From contig CAYSDJ010000001.1 in assembly GCA_964429775.1 (NCBI GenBank), positions 157,615 through 221,614 of the forward strand: a stretch of 64,000 bases of DNA. Reading direction: 5' to 3'. Made by a program: the position numbers and the translations under genes. Below are positions 56,324-64,000 of this stretch, in pieces. The number at the start of each line of letters is the position of its first letter. Within the stretch, counting starts at the first letter, position 1. Source of the stretch: an uncultured Rhizobiaceae bacterium. GTDB lineage: Bacteria; Pseudomonadota; Alphaproteobacteria; UBA828. The notes beneath the pieces were generated by a model. It did not search any database and was not told where the DNA came from. It was given only the letters and a program-made list of their open reading frames with translations.

Positions 56324-58048
56324 ATGATAATTCTCGGTGTCCACCCCGGATATCACGAGGCCGCAGCTTGCCTGTTCGACGATTATCGAATGGTTGCGGC
56401 GGTCTCGCTCGAACGCCTGACCCGGCGCAAGATCGACGGCGGGCGCATACCGGATGAAGCGATCGACGAATGCCTCGCCATCGCCGGCCTGGCGCGGCGC
56501 GATGTCGATACGGTGGTGCTTGGGCGCGGCGCGTTTCCATGGCGCTATTACAAACATTTTCGCGGCGCGCGCCTGATCGAGGGCAAAGTCCGCCAGGCGC
56601 TCGGCAAGGAGAAGCACAAAAGCATGGAGCGCGAGCTTGTGCGCGCCGGGCACAGCGATTCGGAGGCCTTGTTCGATGCGGCGAAATTTCTCGACGCCGC
56701 CGGATTCGGTAAAACCACCCAACTAAAATTCTTCAACCATCATTACGCCCACGCGCTGCCGACCCTGTTCCACACCGATTGGCCGGATGCGCTGCTCTAT
56801 ACTTCGGACGGCGGCGGCGACAATGTGCAATACAGCCAGCGCGTCTTCCATGGCGACAAACTGCACCACCTCTATGGCGGTGACGAATGTTTCACCGCCC
56901 CGGCGCGGATCGACAGCCTCGGCCTTGCCTATGGCTACGCTACCCAGGCGCTCGGCTGGCGCATCAACCGCCACGAAGGCAAGCTCACCGGCCTCGCAGC
57001 GCTCGGCCAGCCATCCGCCTCTGACGCCATCGCCGATCATTTCGAGGTCGATGAAGACGGCCAGATCCGGAGCGATTTCGCCACCAATCCCGATCTCCGG
57101 CGCTTCATGTTCGAGACGGCCGAGAATATCCCGCGCGAAGACATGGCGGCATCGATCCAGCAAGTGCTCGAACAGGTCACGCTGACCTCCGTCCGCCGTT
57201 TGCTTGAGCGCCACCCGGTGCGCCATCTTGGCCTTTCCGGCGGCGTGTTCGGTAATGTGCGCCTCAACCGCTTGCTGGCCGAAGAAACCGATATCGATGA
57301 GGTTTTCGTCTATCCGGCGATGAGCGACCAAGGCCTGCCGGCAGGCGGCGTGCTGCAATTTCTCCTCGAACGCGACGGCATGGATGCCTGGCTGAAGGCG
57401 CGCTATGCGCTTGAGACGCTTTATCTCGGGCGCGACTGGAGCACGGACGCGGATAACGTGCTGAGCCAAACACCCGGCCTGAAAGCGATATCCGACAAGC
57501 CGGTGGAGAAGACGGCCGAACTGTTGCAGAACGGCAAGGCGGTAGCGATTTTTACCCAGGGCATGGAATTCGGCCCGCGTGCGCTGGGTGCGCGCAGCAT
57601 CCTTGCCTCGCCCGCCGATGCCGGCATCAACGATGCCTTGAATGCGCGTCTGTCGCGCTCCGAATTCATGCCCTTCGCACCGGTTGTCAGCGAGGAAGAC
57701 GCCGGCGAATTGTTCGATATCGGCCGGCCGAGCCAATATGCCGCGCGCTTCATGACCATCACGTGCAACGTCAAGCAATCGTGGCGCGATCGCATCCCGG
57801 CCGTGGTTCATGTCGACGGCACGGCGCGGCCGCAAATCATCCGCCGCGCGCACAATCCGCTCTATTACGATATTCTGGCCGCCTTCAAACAAAAGAGCGG
57901 CCTGCCGACGATGATCAACACCAGCTTCAATGTGCATGAAGAGCCGATCGTCAACCGCCCCGAGGAATGCGCCCAGGCGCTGCTCGATGACCGCGTCGAT
58001 TATGTTGTTACGGAAGGTGCGGTATATGGGCGCGACGGCACGGCATGA
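56324..58048 (+). CDS. O-carbamoyltransferase (NodU/CmcH family)
   Basis: HEAAAC, ERLTRRK, HHYAHA, DGGGD, EGKLTGLA, EFGPRALGARS, HVDGTARPQ, NTSFNVHEEPIV. Confidence 0.92.
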   Translation: MIILGVHPGYHEAAACLFDDYRMVAAVSLERLTRRKIDGGRIPDEAIDECLAIAGLARRDVDTVVLGRGAFPWRYYKHFRGARLIEGKVRQALGKEKHKSMERELVRAGHSDSEALFDAAKFLDAAGFGKTTQLKFFNHHYAHALPTLFHTDWPDALLYTSDGGGDNVQYSQRVFHGDKLHHLYGGDECFTAPARIDSLGLAYGYATQALGWRINRHEGKLTGLAALGQPSASDAIADHFEVDEDGQIRSDFATNPDLRRFMFETAENIPREDMAASIQQVLEQVTLTSVRRLLERHPVRHLGLSGGVFGNVRLNRLLAEETDIDEVFVYPAMSDQGLPAGGVLQFLLERDGMDAWLKARYALETLYLGRDWSTDADNVLSQTPGLKAISDKPVEKTAELLQNGKAVAIFTQGMEFGPRALGARSILASPADAGINDALNARLSRSEFMPFAPVVSEEDAGELFDIGRPSQYAARFMTITCNVKQSWRDRIPAVVHVDGTARPQIIRRAHNPLYYDILAAFKQKSGLPTMINTSFNVHEEPIVNRPEECAQALLDDRVDYVVTEGAVYGRDGTA

Positions 58049-59070
58049 ATATTCTCGTCGCAATTTATAGTGCGCTGGCCGCCGGTGCGGCGAGTTGGCT
58101 GGCGACCGGCGGCGTGTTGCGCATACTGCGCCGCCGGGGCGTCCTCGACATCCCGAATGAGCGCTCGAGTCATAGCGCGCCAACACCGCGCGGTGGCGGC
58201 ATTGCCGTGACCGGCGTCTTGCTCATCGCCTGGCTCGTGCTGTGGCTGGCCGGCGAAGGCAGCGCCGCACCGGGCAATTTTTGGCTCGTGCTCGGCGCCG
58301 GCGCGGCGCTGGCGCTGATCTCCTGGTTCGACGATGTGCTGGGCGGCCTGCCGGCGGTTCTGCGCTTTGCCGCGCAAGCCATCGCGGTTGCCGCCGGCCT
58401 GTTTGCCCTGCCGGAGGGCGGTGTTTTTCAGGGCGCGCTACCGCCAGCGCTCGATCTCGCTCTGAGCGGCCTGATCTGGCTGTGGTTCCTCAACCTGTTC
58501 AATTTCATGGACGGCATCGACGGCATTGCCGGTAGCCAGACGGCAAGCGCCGGGCTCGGCCTGTTTGCCCTGGCGATCGTTGCCCCCGCCGCCGCCGGTC
58601 TCGGCCCCTATGGCCTGATGGCGGCGGCGGCCGCGATCGGCTTCCTGCCGTGGAACTGGCAGCCGGCGCGCATCTTCCTCGGCGATGTCGGCAGCGTACC
58701 GCTTGGCTATGTCATTGGCTGGCTGTTGCTCGCGCTCGCCAGTTCCGGCCTGTGGCAGGCGGCGCTGCTGTTGGTGCTCTATTTTGTCGCCGATGCCAGC
58801 TTCACCCTGCTGCGAAGACTGCTGCGCGGCGAGGCCATCTGGCGCGCCCATCATCAGCATTATTATCAATTCGCCGTCGCTGCCGGATGCAGCCACGCGC
58901 ATGTGGTTTTGGTCATTACCGGTGTAAATATCCTGCTCGTCGGACTGGCGCTGGCAACCACGCTGTCTTCGGTCTCGGCCTGGAGTGCCCTGGTCGCGGG
59001 AATGCTGCTCACCATCTGCCTTTTATGGTATCTTCGAGTCGGCCATAGCAGAACGACCCATGCAGACTAG
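58045..59070 (+). CDS. MraY/WecA-family polyprenyl-phosphate HexNAc-1-phosphate transferase (WbpL-like)
   Basis: DIPNERSSH, TPRGGG, DD, NLFNFMDGIDG, FLGDVGS, AHHQHYYQ. Confidence 0.9.
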   Translation: MNILVAIYSALAAGAASWLATGGVLRILRRRGVLDIPNERSSHSAPTPRGGGIAVTGVLLIAWLVLWLAGEGSAAPGNFWLVLGAGAALALISWFDDVLGGLPAVLRFAAQAIAVAAGLFALPEGGVFQGALPPALDLALSGLIWLWFLNLFNFMDGIDGIAGSQTASAGLGLFALAIVAPAAAGLGPYGLMAAAAAIGFLPWNWQPARIFLGDVGSVPLGYVIGWLLLALASSGLWQAALLLVLYFVADASFTLLRRLLRGEAIWRAHHQHYYQFAVAAGCSHAHVVLVITGVNILLVGLALATTLSSVSAWSALVAGMLLTICLLWYLRVGHSRTTHAD

Positions 59071-60997
59071 ATTTCGCATCAACAGGACATACGCGGTCGC
59101 CACCTTCGATGTGGCGATGGCGGCAATTTCGTTTGCGGTGGCGCTGCTGTTGCGCCGTGGCATCGGCAATTTTTGGCATGAATCGAGCGGCTTTTTCATC
59201 GAAGGCATCGTCGCTTTCTGCGTCATTTCGGCGATTGTTTTCTGGCGCATGCGCATCTATCGCGGCTTTTGGCGCTACACTTCATCGCGTGACGTCGCCA
59301 AGATCGGCTGGGCCGCCGGCATTGTCGTTCTGATATTTGTCGCCCTGCTGTTTGTCGCGACGCGCCTTGAGGCCTATCCGCGCTCGGCCCTGCCGATCAA
59401 TTTTCTTGTCCTTGTCGCGCTTCTCGCCGGCCCGCGCATCCTCTATCGCAGCTTCATGGAGCGCGGCCTGAGCGGCTTCTTCCAGCGCAGCAATGGCGAG
59501 CACCGCATTCCGGTTCTGCTCTTGGGCGCGGGCGACGATGCCGAACTGTTCATGCGCGCCAGCCTGAGCGGCAGCGCGGCGAACTACCGTGTGGTCGGAT
59601 TGATCGACGATGAGGAAGGCAAAATCGGCAGCCATATTCACGGTGTGCGGGTCTATGGCCCGGCGCGCGATTTGACCACCATCGTGCGCGCCCTCAAACA
59701 TCGCGGCATGCAGCCGCAGCGCCTGATTCTGACCTCCGACAGTTTCGATCCCGACCGCCTGCGCGAGACACTTGATGCGGCGGAAGATCTCGCCCTGCCG
59801 CTCTCACGCCTGCCGCGCATGACAGATTTTCATGCTGAGGATGGCTCCACGATCAATATCAAGCCGGTGGCGATTGAAGATTTGCTTGGCCGCCCGCAGG
59901 CGGCACTCGACGGCAAGGAAATGGCCGCTCTGATCCGTGGGCGGCGGGTTTGCGTCACCGGCGCCGGCGGCTCGATCGGCTCGGAGCTGTGCCGCCAGAT
60001 CGCCGGCCACGAGCCGGCCCATATGACGCTGATCGATAGTTCGGAATTCAACCTCTACACCATCGATATGGAGCTTGCCGAAAGCCACCCGCATATTTCG
60101 CGCACCATGGTGCTCGGCGATGTGCGCGATATGGGGCGCCTCAACTCGACCTTCGAGACGGCGCGCCCGCAATTGGTATTTCATGCCGCGGCGCTTAAAC
60201 ATGTGCATATGGTCGAGGCGAATCCCAATGAAGGGGTGCTCACCAATGTCCTCGGCACGCGCAATGTCGCCGATTGCTGCGTCGCGCACGGCGTTGCCGT
60301 GATGGTGCTGATTTCGAGCGACAAGGCGGTCAACCCGACCAACGTCATGGGCGCGACAAAACGCATTGCCGAGAGCTACTGCCAGGCGCTTGGCCTGTCG
60401 CTCGCCGCCGAGGGCGATGCGCACACCCGCCTGGTGACGGTGCGCTTCGGCAATGTCCTCGCTTCGTCCGGCTCGGTGGTGCCGCTGTTTCAGCGCCAAA
60501 TCGCTGCGGGCGGCCCGGTCACCGTGACCGATCCCGAGGTCAGCCGCTATTTCATGACCACGCGCGAAGCGGTGCAGCTTGTGTTGCAGGCCTCGGCGCT
60601 CGGTGCGCGCGGTGCCGGCGGCGAGATATTCGTGCTCGATATGGGCGAGCCGGTGCTGATCAAGGATTTGGCCAGCCAGATGATCCGCCTCGCCGGTTTG
60701 AAACCGGGCAAGAATATCGACATCGTATATACCGGTCTGCGGCCGGGCGAAAAATTGGCTGAAGAACTCTTTCATGAGAAGGAACCGCTGCGCGAGACTT
60801 CGGTCGCCGGCCTGCAGCGCGCGACTTCGCGCCCGACCGATCTCAGCCAACTGCAAACGCAAATCGAACGCCTGTGCGCGGCGGCAAACGCGCGCAACAG
60901 CGAAGCCACCCGTACGGAAATCGGTGTTATCGTTCCCGAATTCCATGCCAGCGAAACAAAATCCGACAGCGCCACCGGCCAACGCGCCGCCCAGTGA
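59060..60997 (+). CDS. Membrane-bound UDP-GlcNAc 4,6-dehydratase (WbpM/PglF/CapD family)
   Basis: N-terminal TMs, EDLLGR, TGAGGSIGSEL, HAAALKHV, SSDKAVNPTNVMGATK, VRFGNVL, GLRPGEKL. Confidence 0.92.
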   Translation: MQTRFRINRTYAVATFDVAMAAISFAVALLLRRGIGNFWHESSGFFIEGIVAFCVISAIVFWRMRIYRGFWRYTSSRDVAKIGWAAGIVVLIFVALLFVATRLEAYPRSALPINFLVLVALLAGPRILYRSFMERGLSGFFQRSNGEHRIPVLLLGAGDDAELFMRASLSGSAANYRVVGLIDDEEGKIGSHIHGVRVYGPARDLTTIVRALKHRGMQPQRLILTSDSFDPDRLRETLDAAEDLALPLSRLPRMTDFHAEDGSTINIKPVAIEDLLGRPQAALDGKEMAALIRGRRVCVTGAGGSIGSELCRQIAGHEPAHMTLIDSSEFNLYTIDMELAESHPHISRTMVLGDVRDMGRLNSTFETARPQLVFHAAALKHVHMVEANPNEGVLTNVLGTRNVADCCVAHGVAVMVLISSDKAVNPTNVMGATKRIAESYCQALGLSLAAEGDAHTRLVTVRFGNVLASSGSVVPLFQRQIAAGGPVTVTDPEVSRYFMTTREAVQLVLQASALGARGAGGEIFVLDMGEPVLIKDLASQMIRLAGLKPGKNIDIVYTGLRPGEKLAEELFHEKEPLRETSVAGLQRATSRPTDLSQLQTQIERLCAAANARNSEATRTEIGVIVPEFHASETKSDSATGQRAAQ

Positions 60998-61026
60998 GCG
61001 CCCCGCAGCCAGCATAGAGAAACCAA

Positions 61027-62628
61027 ATGACAAAAAAAGAAGACGACCCCCGTGATCAACGCCCCATTACCCGCGCTCTTCTCTCGGTATCCGATAAATC
61101 GGGCCTGACGGAATTTGGAAAATTCCTGAGCGCCCAGGGTGTTGAAATCCTTTCCACCGGCGGCACCGCGCAGACGCTACGCGACGCCGGCATCGATGTG
61201 AAAGATGTTTCCGAACATACGCAATTTCCCGAAATGCTCGACGGCCGGGTAAAAACCCTACACCCGAAAGTGCATGGCGGCATCCTCGGCATGCGCGCCA
61301 ACCCGGCGCATCAGGAAGCCATGCAGGCGCATGACATCCAGCCGATCGATCTGGTGGTGGTCAATCTCTACCCGTTCGAACAGACGGTGGCCGGCGGCGG
61401 CGATTTCGATGACTGCATCGAGAATATCGATATCGGCGGCCCCGCCCTGATCCGCGCCGCGGCCAAAAACCACCGCGACGTGGCGGTCGTGGTCGAGAGT
61501 GCCGACTATCAAAAAATCATCGACGAAATGAGCGAATTTGACGGCGCGACATCGGCCGGCTTGCGCCGCTCGCTCGCGGCCAAGGCCTATGCGCGCACGG
61601 GCGCCTATGATTCCGCCATCGCTGCCTGGTTTGCCGGCCAGGAGGGCGAGCGCTTTCCCGAGCGCTTGTCTTTTTCAGCCGAGCGCCGGCAAATGCTGCG
61701 CTACGGCGAGAATCCGCATCTCGGGGCCGCTTTCTATGGCGGCGGCGCGGATCGCCCGGGCGTCGCCAGCGCCAAGCAAATCCAGGGCAAGGAGCTGAGC
61801 TACAACAATCTCAACGACACCGACGCCGCCTTCGAGCTGGTGGCGGAATTCGATACCCCGGCGATTGCCATCATCAAGCATGCCAATCCGTGCGGCACGG
61901 CGCTTGGCGCCGATCTGAAGGAGGCCTATCTGAAAGCGCTGGCCTGCGATCCGGTTAGTGCGTTCGGCGGTATCGTCGCCGCCAACCGGCCACTCGATGG
62001 CGCCGTCGCCGAAGAAATCGCCAAGCTGTTCGCCGAAGTGGTGATCGCACCGGATGCCGACGCGGCGGCGATGGAAGCGCTCGCGGCGAAGAAGAATCTG
62101 CGCGTGCTCATAACCGGCGCCATGCCCGATCCCGCCTCACCCGGCATCGCGATCCGGCAGTTGAGCGGCGGCTATCTGGCCCAGGAGCGCGACAATGGCC
62201 GCATCCAGCGCGATGAATTAAAGACGGTGACCAAGCGGAGCCCCAGCGCGGCCGAGCTTGAAGACCTGATCTTCGCCTTCCGCATCTGCAAGCATGTCAA
62301 ATCCAACGCCATTATTTACGTCAAGGACGGCGCCACGGTCGGCGTCGGCGCGGGCCAGATGAGCCGCGTTGATTCATCCCGCATCGCTGCGTTGAAGGCG
62401 GCCGAAGCCGGCCAGGCGGCTGGCCTCGAGCAATCGCCGGCGATCGGCTCGGTGGTCGCATCGGACGCCTTTTTTCCTTTCGCCGACGGTCTCCTCGCCG
62501 CCGCCGAAGCCGGCGCCACGGCGATCATCCAACCGGGCGGCTCGATGCGCGATGATGAAGTCATCGCGGCGGCGGATGAAAAAGGCCTGGCCATGGTCTT
62601 CACCGGCATGCGCCACTTCCGCCACTAA
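61027..62628 (+). CDS. purH: Bifunctional AICAR formyltransferase / IMP cyclohydrolase
   Basis: [52 protein letters not shown]. Confidence 0.97.
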   Translation: MTKKEDDPRDQRPITRALLSVSDKSGLTEFGKFLSAQGVEILSTGGTAQTLRDAGIDVKDVSEHTQFPEMLDGRVKTLHPKVHGGILGMRANPAHQEAMQAHDIQPIDLVVVNLYPFEQTVAGGGDFDDCIENIDIGGPALIRAAAKNHRDVAVVVESADYQKIIDEMSEFDGATSAGLRRSLAAKAYARTGAYDSAIAAWFAGQEGERFPERLSFSAERRQMLRYGENPHLGAAFYGGGADRPGVASAKQIQGKELSYNNLNDTDAAFELVAEFDTPAIAIIKHANPCGTALGADLKEAYLKALACDPVSAFGGIVAANRPLDGAVAEEIAKLFAEVVIAPDADAAAMEALAAKKNLRVLITGAMPDPASPGIAIRQLSGGYLAQERDNGRIQRDELKTVTKRSPSAAELEDLIFAFRICKHVKSNAIIYVKDGATVGVGAGQMSRVDSSRIAALKAAEAGQAAGLEQSPAIGSVVASDAFFPFADGLLAAAEAGATAIIQPGGSMRDDEVIAAADEKGLAMVFTGMRHFRH

Positions 62629-62682
62629 CACGTCTGACTGAATTAAGTATACTGTCCCCATAATTACAGGCGGCACCACCAA

Positions 62683-62705
62683 CCGGAATGCACTGTGCAT
62701 TCCGG
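62683..62705. repeat. Perfect palindrome (11-bp arms) between convergent purH and gdh; possible terminator or REP-like element
   Basis: ccggaatgcac-t-gtgcattccgg; no U-tract on either side. Confidence 0.6.
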
Positions 62706-62786
62706 CAAGGGCGACTGCCCGCCCGAGTTAATACGAGGTAGCCAAGGGAGCGGACGCGACCGTCCGGCGTCTGAGGGACATACCAA

Positions 62787-64000
62787 CTAAGCGACGATCA
62801 GCTCGCGCATGTGGCGGTTGGCGAGGGCGAGTTTGGCGAGATCGAGCGGGCCGGCGCTGCGCAGATCTTCGAACAATGCCGTCGCACGCTCGAACACACC
62901 GTGATTATCGCCGACCCATTTTTCCACAGCGTCTTCCGGCGCTGTGCCATCACATGCCACCAGCACGGTGCGGCAGAGGGCGCGCTGCTGCGAGTATAGA
63001 TCCTCGATAATGGCAGCGACGGCGCGGTACTGCCAGTGATCGCCGGCAAGCAGGGGCTGGGCGCCATCGCGCAGCCATTCGAGATTGAAACGCGCGCCGA
63101 GTTGAAAATAGATCGCCGCCGTGGTCGGCACGGAAAGCTCGGACTGACGCGCGACCTCGACGATATCGCAAGCCGGGATCATCGCCTCGACGGAAGCCAC
63201 AAGGCGGGCCAGCTTGTCGGGAACGCCGGTCTTGCCGAAATTGGTCTGGCGCGCGCCCATCGTGGCCAGCCCCGCCGGCGAGAGAACGGTTTCAATCACG
63301 CCCTCCAACTCGGCAATGCCGGCGCCGAAATCGGCGATGGCGCGCGAGATATCGAGCGGGCGCGGCCGGTTGCTCAACAGCCACATGGTGTGGTGCGTCA
63401 GCAGCTTGTGAAATTCGCCAAACATGTCGAGCTGCACGTTGCTGGCAATCTTGTTGTCGAGCGCCTCAATCGCCTGCCAACTACGGCGCAATTGATTGAC
63501 GTTGCGCGCCGCCAAATAGGCGCGCGCCACATCGCCCTGACCACAGAGCCGTTCCTCGGCCACCTCGGTGACGAAGCAAACACCGGCCCGGTTAACCAGG
63601 CTGTTGGCAACCGATGTGGCGATGATCTCACGCCGCAATCGATGGCCCTCAATACCGCCGACATGCTCCGCGCGCAGCGGGGCGGGAAAATAGAGCATCA
63701 GGTCGTCGCCGAGATGAGAATCCTCCGGCACATCGCATTCCAGCAGGCCATCGTTGAGCGACAATTTGGCGTGCGCCAAAAGCACGGAGATTTCCGGCCG
63801 GGTCATGCCCTGCCCGGCGCTCGTCCGCTCAATCAGCTCGTCCTCACTCGGCAGGCCCTCGACTTCGCGGTCAAGCTGGCCTCGGCGCTCGAGCGTGCGC
63901 ATCAGCCGGGCATGCGAATCGAGGCGTTCGGGCGCATGGGCGGCCTCCGCACTCACCGCCTGGCTTTGCAGATAATTATTGCGCAGCACCAGCGCCGCAA
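62787..64000 (-). CDS. gdh: Large NAD-specific glutamate dehydrogenase, C-terminal part (5' end outside the window)
   Basis: LRNNYLQSQA, LDREVEGLP, TRPEISVLLAHAK, YFP, HRLRREIIAT...VNRAG. Confidence 0.9.
   Translation of the reverse strand, partial: AALVLRNNYLQSQAVSAEAAHAPERLDSHARLMRTLERRGQLDREVEGLPSEDELIERTSAGQGMTRPEISVLLAHAKLSLNDGLLECDVPEDSHLGDDLMLYFPAPLRAEHVGGIEGHRLRREIIATSVANSLVNRAGVCFVTEVAEERLCGQGDVARAYLAARNVNQLRRSWQAIEALDNKIASNVQLDMFGEFHKLLTHHTMWLLSNRPRPLDISRAIADFGAGIAELEGVIETVLSPAGLATMGARQTNFGKTGVPDKLARLVASVEAMIPACDIVEVARQSELSVPTTAAIYFQLGARFNLEWLRDGAQPLLAGDHWQYRAVAAIIEDLYSQQRALCRTVLVACDGTAPEDAVEKWVGDNHGVFERATALFEDLRSAGPLDLAKLALANRHMRELIVA

Noticed and set aside
56723-61033. 487-aa and 409-aa minus-strand ORFs opposite the carbamoyltransferase and wbpM-like genes
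   Set aside because: Shadow ORFs with no family motifs and no junction coupling.
62629-62786. ZTP riboswitch, SRP RNA, 6S RNA or tRNA next to purH
   Set aside because: It lies downstream of purH and I could not find the conserved motifs of these RNAs.
1-64000. CRISPR arrays, rRNA/tRNA genes, transposases, integrases or invertases
   Set aside because: None seen. I also noticed no inverted repeats flanking the inverted genes that would indicate recombinase-driven switching, though this was checked only by eye.

Overview
High-GC DNA, probably from an alphaproteobacterium (inferred from composition and the purH/large NAD-GDH flank). About 61 kb of it is one very large surface-glycan (LPS O-antigen/capsule) locus, ending at purH and a partial NAD-glutamate dehydrogenase. 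A long minus-strand arm (46403 to 508) carries an EPS-type MarR regulator, rmlBA, a legionaminic-acid-type set, an ABC flippase, a pseudaminic-acid-type set with no recognisable PseB, wbpB/D/E and many tailoring enzymes. A divergent plus-strand arm carries phosphonate genes (pepM-nucleotidyltransferase fusion, ppd), a polyprenyl-linked modification cassette, a carbamoyltransferase and wbpL/wbpM-like genes. Main unusual observations: (1) three single genes lie inverted inside co-directional runs (sulfatase-like gene, legB, rfaH); each is spanned on the operon strand by a stop-free frame, and 5 of the 6 junctions of these frames are exact ATGA start/stop overlaps with the neighbouring genes, suggesting translational 'bridges' across non-contiguous operons; (2) a pyruvate kinase-ATP sulfurylase fusion; (3) four GTTCA-N5-TGAAC palindromes, three of them phased in the divergent promoter; (4) a WbuX-type amidotransferase paired with a GatA-type amidase instead of HisH/HisF; (5) an orphan SPASM-domain remnant missed by the ORF track. 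Functions are assigned from motifs read by eye; no database searches were run. Several starts were moved from the ORF track to the likelier coupled start codon.
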